From Eledone cirrhosa (taxonomy: Eukaryota), in the NCBI GenBank assembly GCA_964016885.1, contig OZ024740.1, forward strand, positions 83,328,001 through 83,392,000: DNA of 64,000 nt. Direction: 5' to 3'. Shown in pieces: positions 11,531 through 25,199 of the stretch. A program made the position numbers and the translations under genes. The notes below the pieces were generated by a model that was given only the letters and a program-made list of their open reading frames with translations, made no database searches and was not told the DNA's origin. The stretch's first letter is position 1. The number at the start of each line of letters is the position of its first letter.

Positions 11531-14500
11531 CTTTGATAGCTCTGATAGGTTTCGGCCAGTATTGGCCCAGGCCATGTCTAACTTAATAGCACCACCTGGC
11601 GGAGTCTTACAAATCAGTGTTTGGGCACCATGGCCCACTCGAACAGAGAGTTATTGTTTACGGAGGCCTATCCGGGTGTAGGAGGCTTGTCCGGGATTTA
11701 TTGAAGAAATTCATCCAAAGACTTCTTGAACTTGCTGGGGTCTATCTCTGTTTTGATGTATTTTGGTGTAATGTTAAAGAGTGCAGGCCCAATTGAGGTG
11801 AAATAATTGTGCCGTATTGTTGTTATGTGATGCGAGTGGGATTGTTGTCCTGGGCGGATAGCACGGGGCCCAAGCCTTGCGTGTACACTAAAGATGATGA
11901 CAACATCATTTGGGCTAAGCTGATGGATTATCTTCCACATCTTACAGATAATATAGCGCTCACGGCGACGTTGAAGAGAATAAAGTTTGAGCTTTTCTAA
12001 TCGACCCCAATAGTCAAGGCCTGTAAGCCAACTATCTTTTTTGTATTTGACCTTTGGGGGTGCTTCAATTTCCATGATACTTTGTTTCGTGTGGGGTGAC
12101 CACAGTGGACAACAGTATTCCAGGTGGGGTCGGACAAAAGTGGAGAAGATAAGGACAACAGTGTGGATATCTCTCGACTGGAAAGTTCTGAGAATCCAGG
12201 AACACATGCTGCGGGCCATATCAACTTTGCTGTTTATATGAGTGGCCCAGCTTATATTGTTGTCCACAATTACTCCCAGGTCTGTGATGTTATTGGAAGC
12301 CACCAGAGTTTCACCCGAAGGAAGAGAGTATGTTAGTTTCAGAGCATCCTTTTTTCCAAAGTGGATTAGTTCAAATTTATCCTCATTCAACAGCATATTA
12401 TTCATCTCTAACCATTGGATAACAGCCAGAAGGTCTGACTGAAGGCAGGTCCGGTCACCCACCTCATTGACGACCCTTTGGAGCTTGGAATCATCTGCGA
12501 AGATTATGATTATTACTGTGTTTGATGATGTCAGTAATGTCATTAATGTAGATGATGAAAAGAAGTGGGCCCAACACAGTGCCCTGTGGGACGCCACTGC
12601 GGACTTTGGCAGGGCTTGATTCTACTCCTTCGACTATAACATGCTGGGTTCTGCCTGTCAGGAAACATTTGATCCACTGTAGTAACCTTCCAGAGACACC
12701 AACATTGGATAGTTTTTTCAGTAGAGACTTATGATCAACCCGGTCGAAGGCCTTGCTGAAATCAAGGTAGATGACATCAGTGTTGGAGCCCTCTCCCAAG
12801 GCTCTCAAAACGTCGTCAAAATGATGCAGGAGCTGCATTAGGCAGTCCCTTCCATTACGCGACCCATATTGTTTGGAGTTCAGCAGACTGTTGCTTTCAA
12901 GAAAGTGGGTCATTCGTGATCTCACCACCCTCTCAAATACCTTGATAATATGTGAGGTGAGTGAGATCGGACAGTAGTTCACTGAAAGGGACTTATTTCC
13001 CTTTTTGACCACTGGGACAACGGACTGGGACAGAAAGTTTTCAGGAATATAGCCAATGTCCAGTGAGTTCCTCCACAGATTAGCAAGAGGAGTTGCAAGG
13101 ACACAAGCAGGGAACCTGTCGGGGCCTACTGCTGAATTGTGTTTAATTTCGTTTATTGCCGCTAAGACATCAGGGGAACCAAACGTTATGTCTGATATAG
13201 TGTGTTGGAGGTTAATATCACTGATACGGCCCAGATCGGCCATATCAGGGTTGCTGAAAACAGAGCAGTATTATTTCTGCAGTATCTCGCCCATGGTTTT
13301 GGCATTGTCCTGGAGTGTGCCATTTTCATCAACTAGGGGGACAACAGTGGAGACGGTGACCTTGTGCTTTTTAGCGAATGAGAAGAACACTTTGGGGTTG
13401 AGTTTTATTTTCTCAATGGCCCACCTCTCTTCAGCTATTCTCTGGTTATTGATGATGGTTATCATGCATTGCTGGAGGTTATATTTTTTTTACTCAAGCA
13501 GGGTGATAGCCATTGAATGTGTGTGTTGCTGTTGGCATTATTTTAGTGTGTTAATTTTTTTGTATGTTCTTTTTATTTTTCGGATAATTGATTTTATGTT
13601 TTGGGGGATACTGCAGTTTTTTTCACAGGTTTTGGTGGGGTGTCTTTTGTAAATATATTTGTAAATATATTTGTGTGCGTGTGTAAAAGACCAGTCGAAA
13701 TGTGATAGTTCGTTCATAATTGCATCCCAGTTGGCATTGTAGAGATCCATGTTATCAAATGGCTGGGCTGGAGAGAGGACCCTGGGATTGGCTTTCGGCT
13801 GGTGGAATCTCAGGTAACAGAGAACCATGTCATGGTCTGAGAGAAGGGTTTTTCCGCTGTAATATTATGTATAGTGTTAGTGTGATTACTGAACACTAGA
13901 TCCAGAATGTTCTTCTGATGCCTTTTTGGTGCAAGGACAAGTTGTGACAAGAAAAACTCATTCATGAAGTCAAGAAGTGACTCGACAGCCTCTTTGTCAG
14001 TGGTTGAGGCTGTGGAGCCTGGTTTAAAACTACATGTAGACCAATCGACACAGGGTAGATTAAAGTCTCCAATCAAAAGTATGTTGCTAGAATGGCACTG
14101 TTTGATAAACCATTTAATACTGTTGAGGCATTCTTTGAAACAGATTATGGTGTTTCTGGTGGCCTATAGAGCCCAACTAATGTCAGGTCATTGGCTTTAT
14201 TGTGCACAGTGACTGATTGACAGTATCCATTAGAGAATGTTGTGTTGCCATCTGCCGTAAAGGAATCATGCAGGAAAATGGCAGTTCCACCCTTCCTTCT
14301 GCCAATACGATCCGCACGGATGGTTGTGAAATTTCTCACTCTTACTTCGGCCTCCAAGTGGGAGTTGCCAAGGTAGGTCTCAGTAGGAATGAAGAAGGGG
14401 ATGTGAAATGGATGGTTACCAACCCATCCTCAATGAATTGGATCTTCCATTTCTGTGCATTGATGGATGGGCTGATACCTTGTGTGTTGAGTAAGAATGT

Positions 14501-15600
14501 GGAGGGTAGTGTGGTGGCTGGTTTTGACTGTTGCAGGGGGCTTGTTTTGTGAATGTGTGTTAGTGACATCAAGGTTGGTGTTGGGTGATGGCTAAAATGT
14601 TTTTCTCTATCACTTTTGCCAGGTTCATGGCTAAAAAAGAAAGATTTTTTTTTTGTTCAGGGAGCAGTTTTTGATTAGGTTTGTGGTTACAACATTGGAT
14701 AGGGTTGCAGTTCCCTCTGTTGTTGTTGTTGTTGTTGTTGTTGTTGTATTTGTTGTAATTGTGTCTTTGTGAAAAGACTGGAGCAGCGTTATTTTTGTTG
14801 TTGTTGTATTTGTTGTTGTGATCATGTCTTTGTGAGGAGACTGGAACAGAATTACCGCAGCAGGGGGTGGCTTTATTGTGGTTGTGGGTTGGCATGAAGC
14901 CCCTTTTCTCTTCGTGCATTGTGTCCCAGGAAGCTGAGTGAAGGGACAGTCAGTCAGCAGGCATAGCCTCTCACGTTGGGAATGTTGGCAGATTTTGGGA
15001 CTGCGACCTATACGTGCAGGCAGCGTGCTTTGGTGATGGCTGGCAGTGTTAATGCGCCTAGTACCCGGTAAATGGGTAAATATACAGTCGCTACGTGTGC
15101 ATAGCCTCTGACGTAGTGAGTAGCGGCATAATTGGGGGTTTCTAGTATGTGTAGTGGGAGGTGCATACAGCACCATAGAATTTTTTTTGTATAGTTCTTT
15201 TGACTATGGCATGGCCGTGGTGGTGATGTGGGGGAAGAAAGCATTGGTGGTGATGATGATGATGACAACTGTGGTGGGAGAGAGAGCAGTGGTCCATTAC
15301 TAGCAGTTGGTGTGGCAGAGGGTGTAGGTGTGGCAGGAGATGGTGACGGTGGTGATGGTGATGGCGATAATTATGGCTGAGTGAGTGGCTGAGTGATACT
15401 GTCATTTAGTAGTTCAGCGATTATACTTGAATTCAGTAGTGGTTCGTCCTGGCTTTCTGGCTGTTGTTGTTGTTGTTGTGTTTGTCCATTAGAGTAAATA
15501 TGTCGAAGTTTTTCAAATTGGTTTTGAATTAGTTTGAAAGAGACTTCGACGTGTTTTAGTTTGTTGTATATCTGATTAGCAGATCTCGTCGTAAATGTTT
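11527..15600 (-). mobile_element. near full-length, frameshifted CR1/L2-group LINE (ORF1 with CCCH-like fingers, APE endonuclease, RT)
   Basis: Endonuclease motifs MIGDFNLP and LDLVFSN. RT motifs YLDFSKAFDRVDH, SGVPQGTVLGPLLFIIYIND, FADDSKL and HLEYCCPLWSP. Split across several frames; (TA)n on both flanks. Confidence 0.9.
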
Positions 15601-15652
<52 letters not shown>

Positions 15653-15654
<2 letters not shown>

Positions 15655-15690
15655 TAATAGCAGGACCCCGCAGTTGCACGGGGTAGGAAA
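15653..15690 (-). mobile_element. possible Helitron-like 3' terminus
   Basis: Minus-strand hairpin CCCCG..CGGGG followed by TCCTGCTATT, an imperfect CTAGT-like end. Confidence 0.3.
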
Positions 15691-16979
15691 AGTGAAATGG
15701 CAACACGCATATGCAAAGATTGAGGAATGTAGCTGTGTACTTTTTGAATTCCCTTATTCTCAAGGAATGATGATTCATCTACTGGAAACGTAGAACACCA
15801 GCAGGTCCGAGTAGTGAAACATCTGCATGCATGTGCAAAATCTGAAGAAACTCAGCTGGATACTCTTTAAGCGTACTAAATCTTAGAGAATGAATTTTCT
15901 TCTATTTGGAGAAAATCGGTTAGGTTCTTTTCGAGTTTTATAGATTCGCACCCAGTCATCCGGACATACATCATCAGTTATGTCTATTGCACCTGCATGC
16001 ATACTGTACAGAGTAAAGTCTGAAATGCTTGAGTAAGACATGTCATGCAACCGCAGAACATGTTGGGCCTTCCCCAATCTAATATACCCAATATGATATA
16101 GACCATCAACAATTTTAAGTGGGGGTCCCTAAAAAAAGCCTTGTGTGAGTTCACATGTATCCCTTAAAAGGACTTTGTATGCGTTTATTGGCAGCCCTTA
16201 GAATGACTGTATGCGTTCACGATATGTTCAAACGCCTTACATCGTCGTTTATTTATTTATTTGTTTGTTTGTTTATTTTATTTTGTCTTCTTTGCGCATG
16301 CGTTAGCGTGTGTGTATAGTGTTTTGTTTGATGTGTGTTCGTGATTGGGTGACTGTATATTGGTTAATGTATTCTACGTTTACTAGTGTGTGTTTATATG
16401 TGTTTGTTGTTATTGTGCTTGTGTATGTATTTATTTATTTATTTATTTATTTATTTATCTATTTATTTATTTATTTATACTTCTCTTAGGTCAGTGTTGT
16501 TTGTTTGGGTGTTGTTATTATTCCATTCATTCTTTCTGTTTATACAAATAAATAAATAAATAAATAAATATATAAACAGACTAAATAAAGATGGCGTGGA
16601 AATACAATGCAACGGGAGGAATCTATAGCACTACTGACGATGTTGCAGATGTGCAACGAAAGAACTTTGATAAACTATATATATGTGTTTGTGTCTATAT
16701 TGTATCTGTATTATTTTTGACCGTTGGTCAGTCAATGGCAACATTGAGGACCGAATAAATTAGATTACCGATATAAAAGACACAGAAGCGAAAAGCGAAA
16801 ACCAACCAAACAGTGAGTGTGTTCTGTTATTAATTCTGGCAATATTACACAAATATGACCCTTGCCATGTATAACAATATTTATTTCGACACACGATTTC
16901 ATATAAAAAACCTCGCAAAACTATATATATATATATATACGATATTAACAAATGGAAACTATATTTATAAAACCATATT

Positions 16980-17044
16980 TATTTCAATATACATATTTCA
17001 AGGATACCAAGTTAAATTATGGTATGCCTTCATCAGACAAAATA
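16980..17044 (-). ncRNA. minimal type I hammerhead ribozyme (family B)
   Basis: Minus strand reads TATTTTGT-CTGATGA-AGGcATACCA..TGGTATCCTt-GAAA-TATGTA-TA-TTGAAATA. It lies in element 16938-17236, which has a short inversion (16938-16963 vs 17121-17147) and homology to 9258-9375. Confidence 0.75.
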
Positions 17045-17232
17045 CAATATATACCAGTTTTATAAATAAACATTGACGTACCCTTTCAAAATACGACCTT
17101 TACTTTTGGAAGACATCAGGATATAGTTTCCATTTGTTAATATCGTACATCTACTCCAAATACTTGTCGAGTGCTCTATATCAGTTATAAATATATTTAC
17201 TTGTTGTATCCCAACAATTTAAATAGAAATTT

Positions 17233-17266
<34 letters not shown>

Positions 17267-17269
<3 letters not shown>

Positions 17270-17418
17270 CTAAAGGAATTTGAGCCTGATAATGGGGTTT
17301 AGAACCCTCAGATAAATGGAAAAAGATGAGTATTGACGTACATGTACGTCAATACTCATCTTTTTCCATTTATCTGAGGGTTCTAAACTCCATTATCAGG
17401 CTAAAATTCGTTTAGTCA
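17267..17418. repeat. 152-bp spacer-less palindrome
   Basis: Centred on GTACATGTAC at 17342/17343, with about 3 mismatches. Confidence 0.95.
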
Positions 17419-17485
17419 AAAATACGGTGAAAGCTATTTTATTTTCTAATTTCAAACCTGCTCACTGTTTCAAAACATACTTACT

Positions 17486-17559
<74 letters not shown>

Positions 17560-17629
17560 TATAAATATAAATATATATATATATATATTTATATTTATTC
17601 AATGTTAATTTAACATTGAATATAATATC

Positions 17630-18620
17630 CTCGATCAGACAGTCACTTACTGTAATACATGGACCGTAAGAGCCAGACCACCCTCACGGCATAAAGCCCC
17701 GTAGAACTCTGGGTATTCCTTGCGTATTTTATCCAAGAGAAACGACCCACCAAATCGCAAATATCCGTCCCGTCAAACGATCCCATAGAAGCACTCCATC
17801 AAAGCACTCGTTTCAAACGATACATCAAAGCACTCGTTTATCTCATACCTCCTTATCCAGGCAGCCATATGTTGAGTATGAGAGGTTACGACATAGAGAT
17901 ATCACCAGTCGGTCCAAGCCATGTGTATCGCCTAATTCTACGGGCAAAGTCCAGGGCCTTATCGAGTAGGTCACTGGATAGTCTTCAGTAAAGATCCACA
18001 ATATCGAATTGGGTGAATCTGGCACTATCTTTATGTTTAATAGAGTTAAACCAATCTAGCATCGTTTGGCAATGTTTCCATTGGGTAGGCTTACAATTTC
18101 AATTATCTGTCTTGGCAGGGTTAATGAGTCTTCATGCCTGGATAGTTATAATGTAATACTTATCGTCTTTGAGATTTACATAAGCATCGCTTGGCATTCT
18201 AATTTATTTTCTATTCATGCCAGTGGCAATGTATTTAGACATGTCGTTAATAGAGTTATATTTAGATTGTATTGATTTGCCTAATAATTGGCTGTGGGTG
18301 GTTGACGGGAAAGTTTTACTGGAGGATTAAACATTTTTAGGTTTTAGGTTTCGATATAATTTGATTTCGTGGAAGGTGATATTTGTTCTAAATTAATTAG
18401 TCCAGATTCGAAAAGACGAATCCATTTAACTTACGTGGATAAATTGTTGATTTTTTGTTGAACGTCTTAGAAAGATAAACGATCATCATGCAGCAACGTC
18501 CGCCAACGAAAGCGTTTGACCAGATCTTCGATTTTCTGCAGGAGAAGTTACGAATAAGTCCTATTTAACGTGGTATGAATGTTTTTTGTTGGGGGGGGGG
18601 GGGGCAATCTGTTTGGTGGA
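17630..18620 (-). pseudogene. decayed Penelope-like (Naiad-type) reverse transcriptase fragment
   Basis: Manual minus-strand translation gives QKIEDLVKRFRWR, RLINPAKTD, QWKHCQTMLDWFNSIKHKDSARFTQFDIVDLY..LLDKALDFA, SMGSFDGTDICDLVG and GALCREGGL (resembling GLYRDDGL). Stops and frameshifts throughout. Confidence 0.8.
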
Positions 18621-19189
18621 GGTCATTATCGGGGGTTTGGTGATTGTAGTATGGGTGAATTTAGATAGAAAAGCACTGGACGTGTTAAGAGCGTTGGCAA
18701 TCATGCCCGTGGTTGAAGAATCTGCAGTACACGTTCCTGGAGACAAATATTGTAGTGATGAGTTTTTTCAAGATATTCAAAGTATACCACAATACATGCC
18801 CATAGAGCAAGTTTGAATATAATGATAACAGCCAGTTACTAATGCATCTGCGCCATGCCAGGTACGCATGTTTTGGAACATATTTTTCAACATTTACCGA
18901 GAAAAATTAACCGGAATATATATATATATATATAAACACAAACTAAATATTTAAAATTACTACAACGTTTGCATAATACGAATACGCTCATTCCGCTAGC
19001 GTCTTAGCTAACACGATGTTATGATGGATTAACTTCTAGAGTATATTGCCTGTCATTAAGAATTCCAAGGATATTTCCAGGTTTCTATTTGACAGTTATA
19101 TTTCGTATATAATAAAGCTTAGAGTGTTGTAATTTTGATCAGGTGGGAATAGTTCAAACATTTTCCGTGAGAATCGTGATATTAGAAGT

Positions 19190-19570
19190 TTCTTTTGTTT
19201 AATTTTGATGGAGGGACTTGAGTTTTGGCAAGGTGATGTAGTAGCGATTTTCACCATGTGGTTGTTAGATATCTGGCGAACCTTGTGACCCATATTGAAA
19301 TTTGCATCTATGAGTGTTAGTAATTTATTTTACCTACATAGGTTTTGACGTTGATGGAGTTAAGCAGTGAGCATTATATAATGCGTTTATGAATATATTT
19401 CTTCTTAATATGCTTCGTGTGGTTATCCTGAGAGTAAGATATACTTTAGGGAGATCGCTCTTACTTAGGACTGTGTTATAGCTGGCGGGTTTGCCCTATT
19501 GAAGACAGCTTCGTTAAGAAAATTATTGAATATAATCTGCCTAAAGTTCTTACACGGTACGGAGGTTACA
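19190..19570 (-). pseudogene. decayed Naiad-type PLE thumb/linker fragment
   Basis: NEAVFNRA..YNTVLSKSD, SINVKTYVGK and LIDANFNMGHKVRQISNNHMVKI resemble the Naiad NVKTNIGK..LIDKHF..HKLHKIFNRNTVKVSYS region. Confidence 0.65.
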
Positions 19571-21183
19571 GCCATAAAACCACGACCCTCTACCCGCATC
19601 ACGGCAAAATCTTACATAAGAAAAAACGTTATAAAAAGGAATCCTTTCCTATCCAGTATGGGGGAACTACTATATGAGATTTCCTGACTACTATTAAGGA
19701 TTTTATATCCTGTACTACTCAGCTTCCAGGGCCTCGTCAACCGTTCGGAAGTTTGTATGAAAGGAGTACACCAGCTGGTACCTAGAATCTACAAACGAAG
19801 TAGGCCTTCAAATCCACCGTGTTATCGCTTTACACTTCTGCAACACACACTCCTGCTCGAAGACATGCTTTTTCCCGATTAACCCGAGTTCATAAGTTTT
19901 TATTATCAATGCATCTTTCGAATTCCACTGCCATACCTATCGCCAAACTTCAAGACTATCTATGAGATTAAATCTTCCAGGTATACTGGGCTTGTCTTTC
20001 ATAGAGTAGCTAGAACCAGACTTTCGCCCATTTCAAGTGATACGTAGTCTATATTCTCATCCTTACGTCTTCATGCGAAATGGCCAACAGTGTATATGCG
20101 TCACTTCTCAACACGGACAAACATACAGAATTCAATATATAACATCCATATTGTACCGGATTTGTCATATTTCACGACTTCTAAATGAACATCACAGAAG
20201 GCCGCGAAGTCAAGACGGATTTCTACTGAAAATCAGCCAGCCAACAGTGCTTTATACTTCCATAAAAATCTATCCTTCCCTATATTGATAACAAAGGACA
20301 TATTGAGAATAGGATCCCCTGCAACATATATTCAGTGACACTAGGAGTAGAGTCACACATACCAAGCAGTTCTATGAACTATTTGAAACCAAAGGTTACT
20401 CAACACCAGCCAGAAACATAATTCAAGGGACCAATCTCAGAAAATGGAACACCTCGGCCTATATTAGTTTCATAACAAATTCATATAATTGGAAGTAATC
20501 CAATAGCGCACTCCATCTTTTCTAGGGATGTTCCGAAATCTCTTCATCCAACTGGCCTATTTAGGAACCTCTCTACGGAGATACCTTTACGAGTTACTAT
20601 TATACAACGCGGAGAACGCGTGTTCTCTGAGAACTGTCCCCTAAGCAACACGGATCTTGTCATCGTGAGCACATGTTTGACAATTGGGGTGCTGCTTCCC
20701 CGACAACACGATTCTCAGTCTGCACATCAAAGTAAAATATTACTTGAACACGCATTCCTCGTCGTCCCAGAAACACAGCCTTCAATACAGAAACAAAGAC
20801 GAGAACTTAACACCATCATACTGGCCACAGAACGAAACATAAGCAATCTGCGGTTAATGTAAAAGAGCTGACTGAAACCCCAACCACACCGTTTACTACT
20901 CAATGACTGCTGTCCAAAACTGAAAGGAACAAGCTATCATCTACAACAACACCACTCTTACAAGAAGAGCCACTATTACCTACCTGTTAATGCCATGAGA
21001 CAAAATAACTGATGAAACATAATCAGGCCTGATTCAATACCACACGCGTGTTAAGCGCGCCCAGGGAATCCAGTCTGTTAATTCTCCGTCGTACACTGGG
21101 GTCTAAAAGATACATTCTAGTAATCTCAAGTTTCCTAGCTGATCCCTTGAAAATGGATAATGGATCCGAAATATGTTTGGAAT

Positions 21184-21409
21184 AATAATAATTGTTTCTA
21201 CGTTATGCGCAAGTCCAGTAATTTGCAGGGGAGGGGAATGTCGATTAATTCGATCCCAGTGCACGACTGATGCTAAATTGTATCGATCCCTTAAGCTTGA
21301 TAAGCAAAGCTAACCTGGACGGGATTTGAACTCAGAACGTAATGGTCCGAAAATCTATGCTGCAAAGCATGTTGTCCCACGCTCTAACGATGCAGCCAAC
21401 CTGCCGCCC
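21184..21409 (-). mobile_element. tRNA-derived SINE, longer diverged subfamily
   Basis: B box GAGTTCAAATCC and the same tail, with an extra internal segment. Confidence 0.75.
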
Positions 21410-21450
21410 TAAATTAATGGAATAACAACAAAAACAACAACAACAACAAC

Positions 21451-21500
<50 letters not shown>

Positions 21501-21503
<3 letters not shown>

Positions 21504-24144
21504 TTTCTTTATTAACCACAAGGGTTTACATAAAGTAGACATTAAGGACAGTGCAGGACAATGCAGGACGGTACAAATGGGCATTTCTGCGTGTAAAAAA
21601 CAAAAACAGAGGATGTAACAAAAAATAACAATGAAAAATTCCCCAATAGGGGGGAGACTTCGGAGGGACATTTGTGGAGAAAGCCCAGTAAAAAGCCACA
21701 ATGACCCTGACCACCAAGGCAAGTGCCCTCTACCAGTTTTCAACCTTTAATTTACAGATATATACTCAGAGTAGGCCCATTCACTCGGGCCATTCTTGCT
21801 TCTCTCACCCATCTTTCAACAAAATACTGGGAAGAGAGCACTTCCCTCTCTACTCTGATTTTCCTTTTCAAATGAAATTTGAAAAAGTTAATGAGGGCAT
21901 CACCGAAGAGGTAAGTGCTCGTCTTCAGCTCTTTCAAACGTGTCCACCACACTATCACTTTCGCCATGGCCACCAGACAGATAAAAACTGTCTGCCCTTC
22001 CCGGCTAAAAGAAGAGGGCGGGGCAATCCTCACGATGGACTCAGCTGATAGCTGGTTCCGTCCTACACGTGACAGCAGGTGTTCGACATAAACCCACAAG
22101 TCAGCAATGCTCGGACACTGGACGTGTGCGTGCAGGACGGTTTCGTCGCCCTGCGCGCATCTCGGACATGCCCGGCTGACGGCACCTCCATTCCTGTAGA
22201 GTTTATGCCGAACTCGCAAAGCTCCTCAGTAGAACTGCCAGGCCAAGGATTTCTGGAAGTTGTCCATAGGCCCCGGCCCGAAAGTTCTTCCGAAGAGATT
22301 GGCTAGTTGATTTTCGTCGACGCCTAGAATTTCTCCAAGTACGTCGTCGCTCTTCCCCTCCACTAATCCTCTATAGAACGCCAGGTGGAGTTTCCACCGA
22401 TCACATTGCCCGATTGGTCGAGGGCGGTGGGCGCCTGAAGACATTCCAATCTCCAAGCGCTCCCTTTAGGTCTTCGCTTGACCTAGGACTGCAGCTACGT
22501 CAAGGATACGAGCTGGGGAAAGACGCGTCTAGCAAACGGCGACCACATCTGGTCACCGTCGAGGAAGATGCGGAGATGTCGTAACCTGAGCGCGTGTCTG
22601 CGCATCATCAGCCACGGCATGCCCAGCCCTCTACGTAGCGGGTGTTGACAGCAAATGGGCCGTCTGACCATCGAAGTGCGTCCCTTCCACAAAAAGCGAA
22701 AGAGCAAACGCTCCAGCGCAGTCAGGCGGTACTTAGGACAAGGTACGACGGTCAGGCGATAGTAGATGACGGACGCGATGTACGTGTTAGCCACCTCCGC
22801 TCGACCTTTCAGGGATAGCTTCCTCTCCGCCCATTTCTGGGTGAGAGAAGCCACCCTGCTCGTCACCTCGTCCCAGTTTTTGTCCGTCTGGAGGTCCGGA
22901 CTGAACCAGACCCCTAGCAATTTAACCTGTCCGTCCGTCCAGCGCCCGACGACGCTGTTGGACGGTATGGACCTGCATCTCCAGGTGCCAAGCTGCAGGC
23001 CCACTGACTGTTCCTGGTTGATCATTGCTCCTGTCACTGCGTCGTATTCTCTTAGTGTAGTGCCGATCGCCTCGATGTGTTTGGCGTTCGACACCAATAC
23101 GGTGACATCGTCCGTATATGCTGACACGGATCTTCATCCTAGTTTGCGCGGGACCCCCTCAACGTCTCCAGTTTGTGCAGTAATGGCTCGAGAGTCAATA
23201 CGTACAAGATGGACGAGAGGGGACATCCTTGGCGGACCGAGTGCATTATGTTGCCGCTTCCGAAAGGTGACCGTTCACTCTCACCACAGAGCAGATGTCG
23301 CTGTGCATGGCAGCGATCCAGCCTCTGAGGACGTGCCCAAAGCCAGCTGCCTTCAGAACTGCCGCTAGGTAACGATGGTCGACCCTATCGAAACATTCGA
23401 CTGATCTAAATTTATGAAAGACCCACCCGTTCCAGGTTCCCTAGCAACCCTCTCTACAATGTATCGCATGAGGTGGAGGTTGTCGTGGATGGATCTGTCG
23501 GGAAAGGCGCATGTCTGCGCCTCTCCCACCAGACTACCAACGACAAGCGCCAACAAAAATCTTGAACTCTGTGTTTAGCAGAGTTATAGGCCTGAAATTT
23601 TCTATGTTATCCCTCTTGTTCGGATCCTTTCTCAGCAGCCCCACAGCTCCTCGGTTCACAGAGCTGGGAATTATCCCGTTCTGTTGCCAGTCGCAGTATA
23701 CGTCCGCCAAGAGGCCCTGGAACAAGTCTGGCATCTGTACGTAAAGTTCATAGGGCCGACCATCCAAAGCAGGCGATTTACCCCTTGTGCAGCTAGTCAT
23801 TGCCTCCCGTACGTCAGCCGCTGTTATCGGATTTTCGCAACACTCCGCCTCAGTGGCCGAGAGCCGCGGCAGTCCGTCTCGGTAGACACTAAAGTCCATC
23901 CCTCGATCCGCACCTAGGCTGCCCCCGAACAGCTGTGCGAAGTGTCGCTGAAAAGCTTCACACATTTTCCCGGGATCAAAGTAGCATGCACCCGTCGTGG
24001 TCCACGAAAGACCGGATCGTGGCTTTGTTGCCACGACGCGCCTTCACCACTCGGGCCCATTGAACGGCTTTCGAACCTTCGTGTCTGAGAATAATTGGTC
24101 AAGGGCCAATTTCGCCGCAAGTACGTCGGTCGCGATGCCTTTGC
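21501..24144 (-). mobile_element. 5'-truncated Tx1-clade (L1) LINE, RT and C-terminal region
   Basis: NFRPITLLNTEFKI, SAYTDDVTV, KLSLKGRAEVAN and a C-terminal CPRCAQGDETVLHAHVQC. The 3' end abuts (ATT)n. Confidence 0.9.
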
Positions 24145-24158
24145 CACATACTACACAC

Positions 24159-25181
24159 CTACTTAAGGAGATCTGAAGGTGGAAGAGGTCTTATCAGAAT
24201 AGAGGACAGTGTTCAGATGGAGAAAAACAACCTACGCAAATACGTGACTGATAGTAGGGAGCCAATGCTCAGAATTGTACTGAAGGAGAGGACAATAGAC
24301 CAGGGGATGTCCAAGGAGAAAATAACAAGGAGAAAGAGCTACCTTCATGAAAAATCCCCTCATAGTACCTTCTTGCAGAAAACTGAATTTAGAGATCCAC
24401 AGACACAGAACTGGTTGAAAAGAGGAGACCTTTAAAAGGCTACAGAAGGAATGCTAATGGCTGCGCAAGAGCAGGCCCTCAAAACGAAGAGGCTGAAACA
24501 CCATATTTACAAGGAGGAGGCTAGCCCACTGTGTAGGATATGTGGAGAGAGAGAGGAGACTGTGGCTCACATTGTCTCCGAGTATAAACACCTAGCCCAG
24601 ACTCACTATAAAGGCTGGAAACATGATGTGATGGGCAGGGTGATCCACCGGCACCTATGCAAAGTAAACAATTTACCACATTCTGAGAAGTGGTATGAGC
24701 ATAAGCGAGAGTCGTTGATAGAAAACGATTAGGTGAAGGTGCTGTGGGATTTTAGGATACAGACGGACAAGAAATTGGAACAAAATAGACCTGACCTGGT
24801 GGTTTTGGACAAGGAAAAAAGATCGTTCCTGATTGTAGATGTAGCCTGCCCATTCAACACGAGAGTACAAGAGAAGGAGAGGGAGAAAATTAACCAATAC
24901 CATGATTTAAAGTGGCAGGTAAAAAGGATTTGGAACTGCCTTGAAATCAAAGTGGTCCCGATTGTCATAGGCGCACTAGGTACTATCTCAAAGAGTTTCC
25001 AAGGATGGTTAAAGAGAATTAGTCCAGCCCCGCTATTTGGAACACTGCAAAAGGCATGCTTGCTGGAAACATCAAGAACACTCCGATACGTCCTGAATAT
25101 CTGAGGCTGCAGGTAGTGGTTTGATATTCATTTCAACAAACTTTCCAGTTAAATAACATCAATGACTGAGACTCAAAGAAC
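24159..25181 (+). mobile_element. 5'-truncated R4/Dong-type RLE LINE fragment
   Basis: CRICGEREETVAHIV and RPDLVVLD..DVACP. Same family as 61266-63070, with stop codons, followed by (AAT)n. Confidence 0.9.
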
Positions 25182-25199
25182 AATAATAATAATAATAAT

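Noticed and set aside
19700-21150. Decayed coding-like stretch next to the Naiad fragments
   Set aside because: No convincing RT or GIY-YIG motif could be read.
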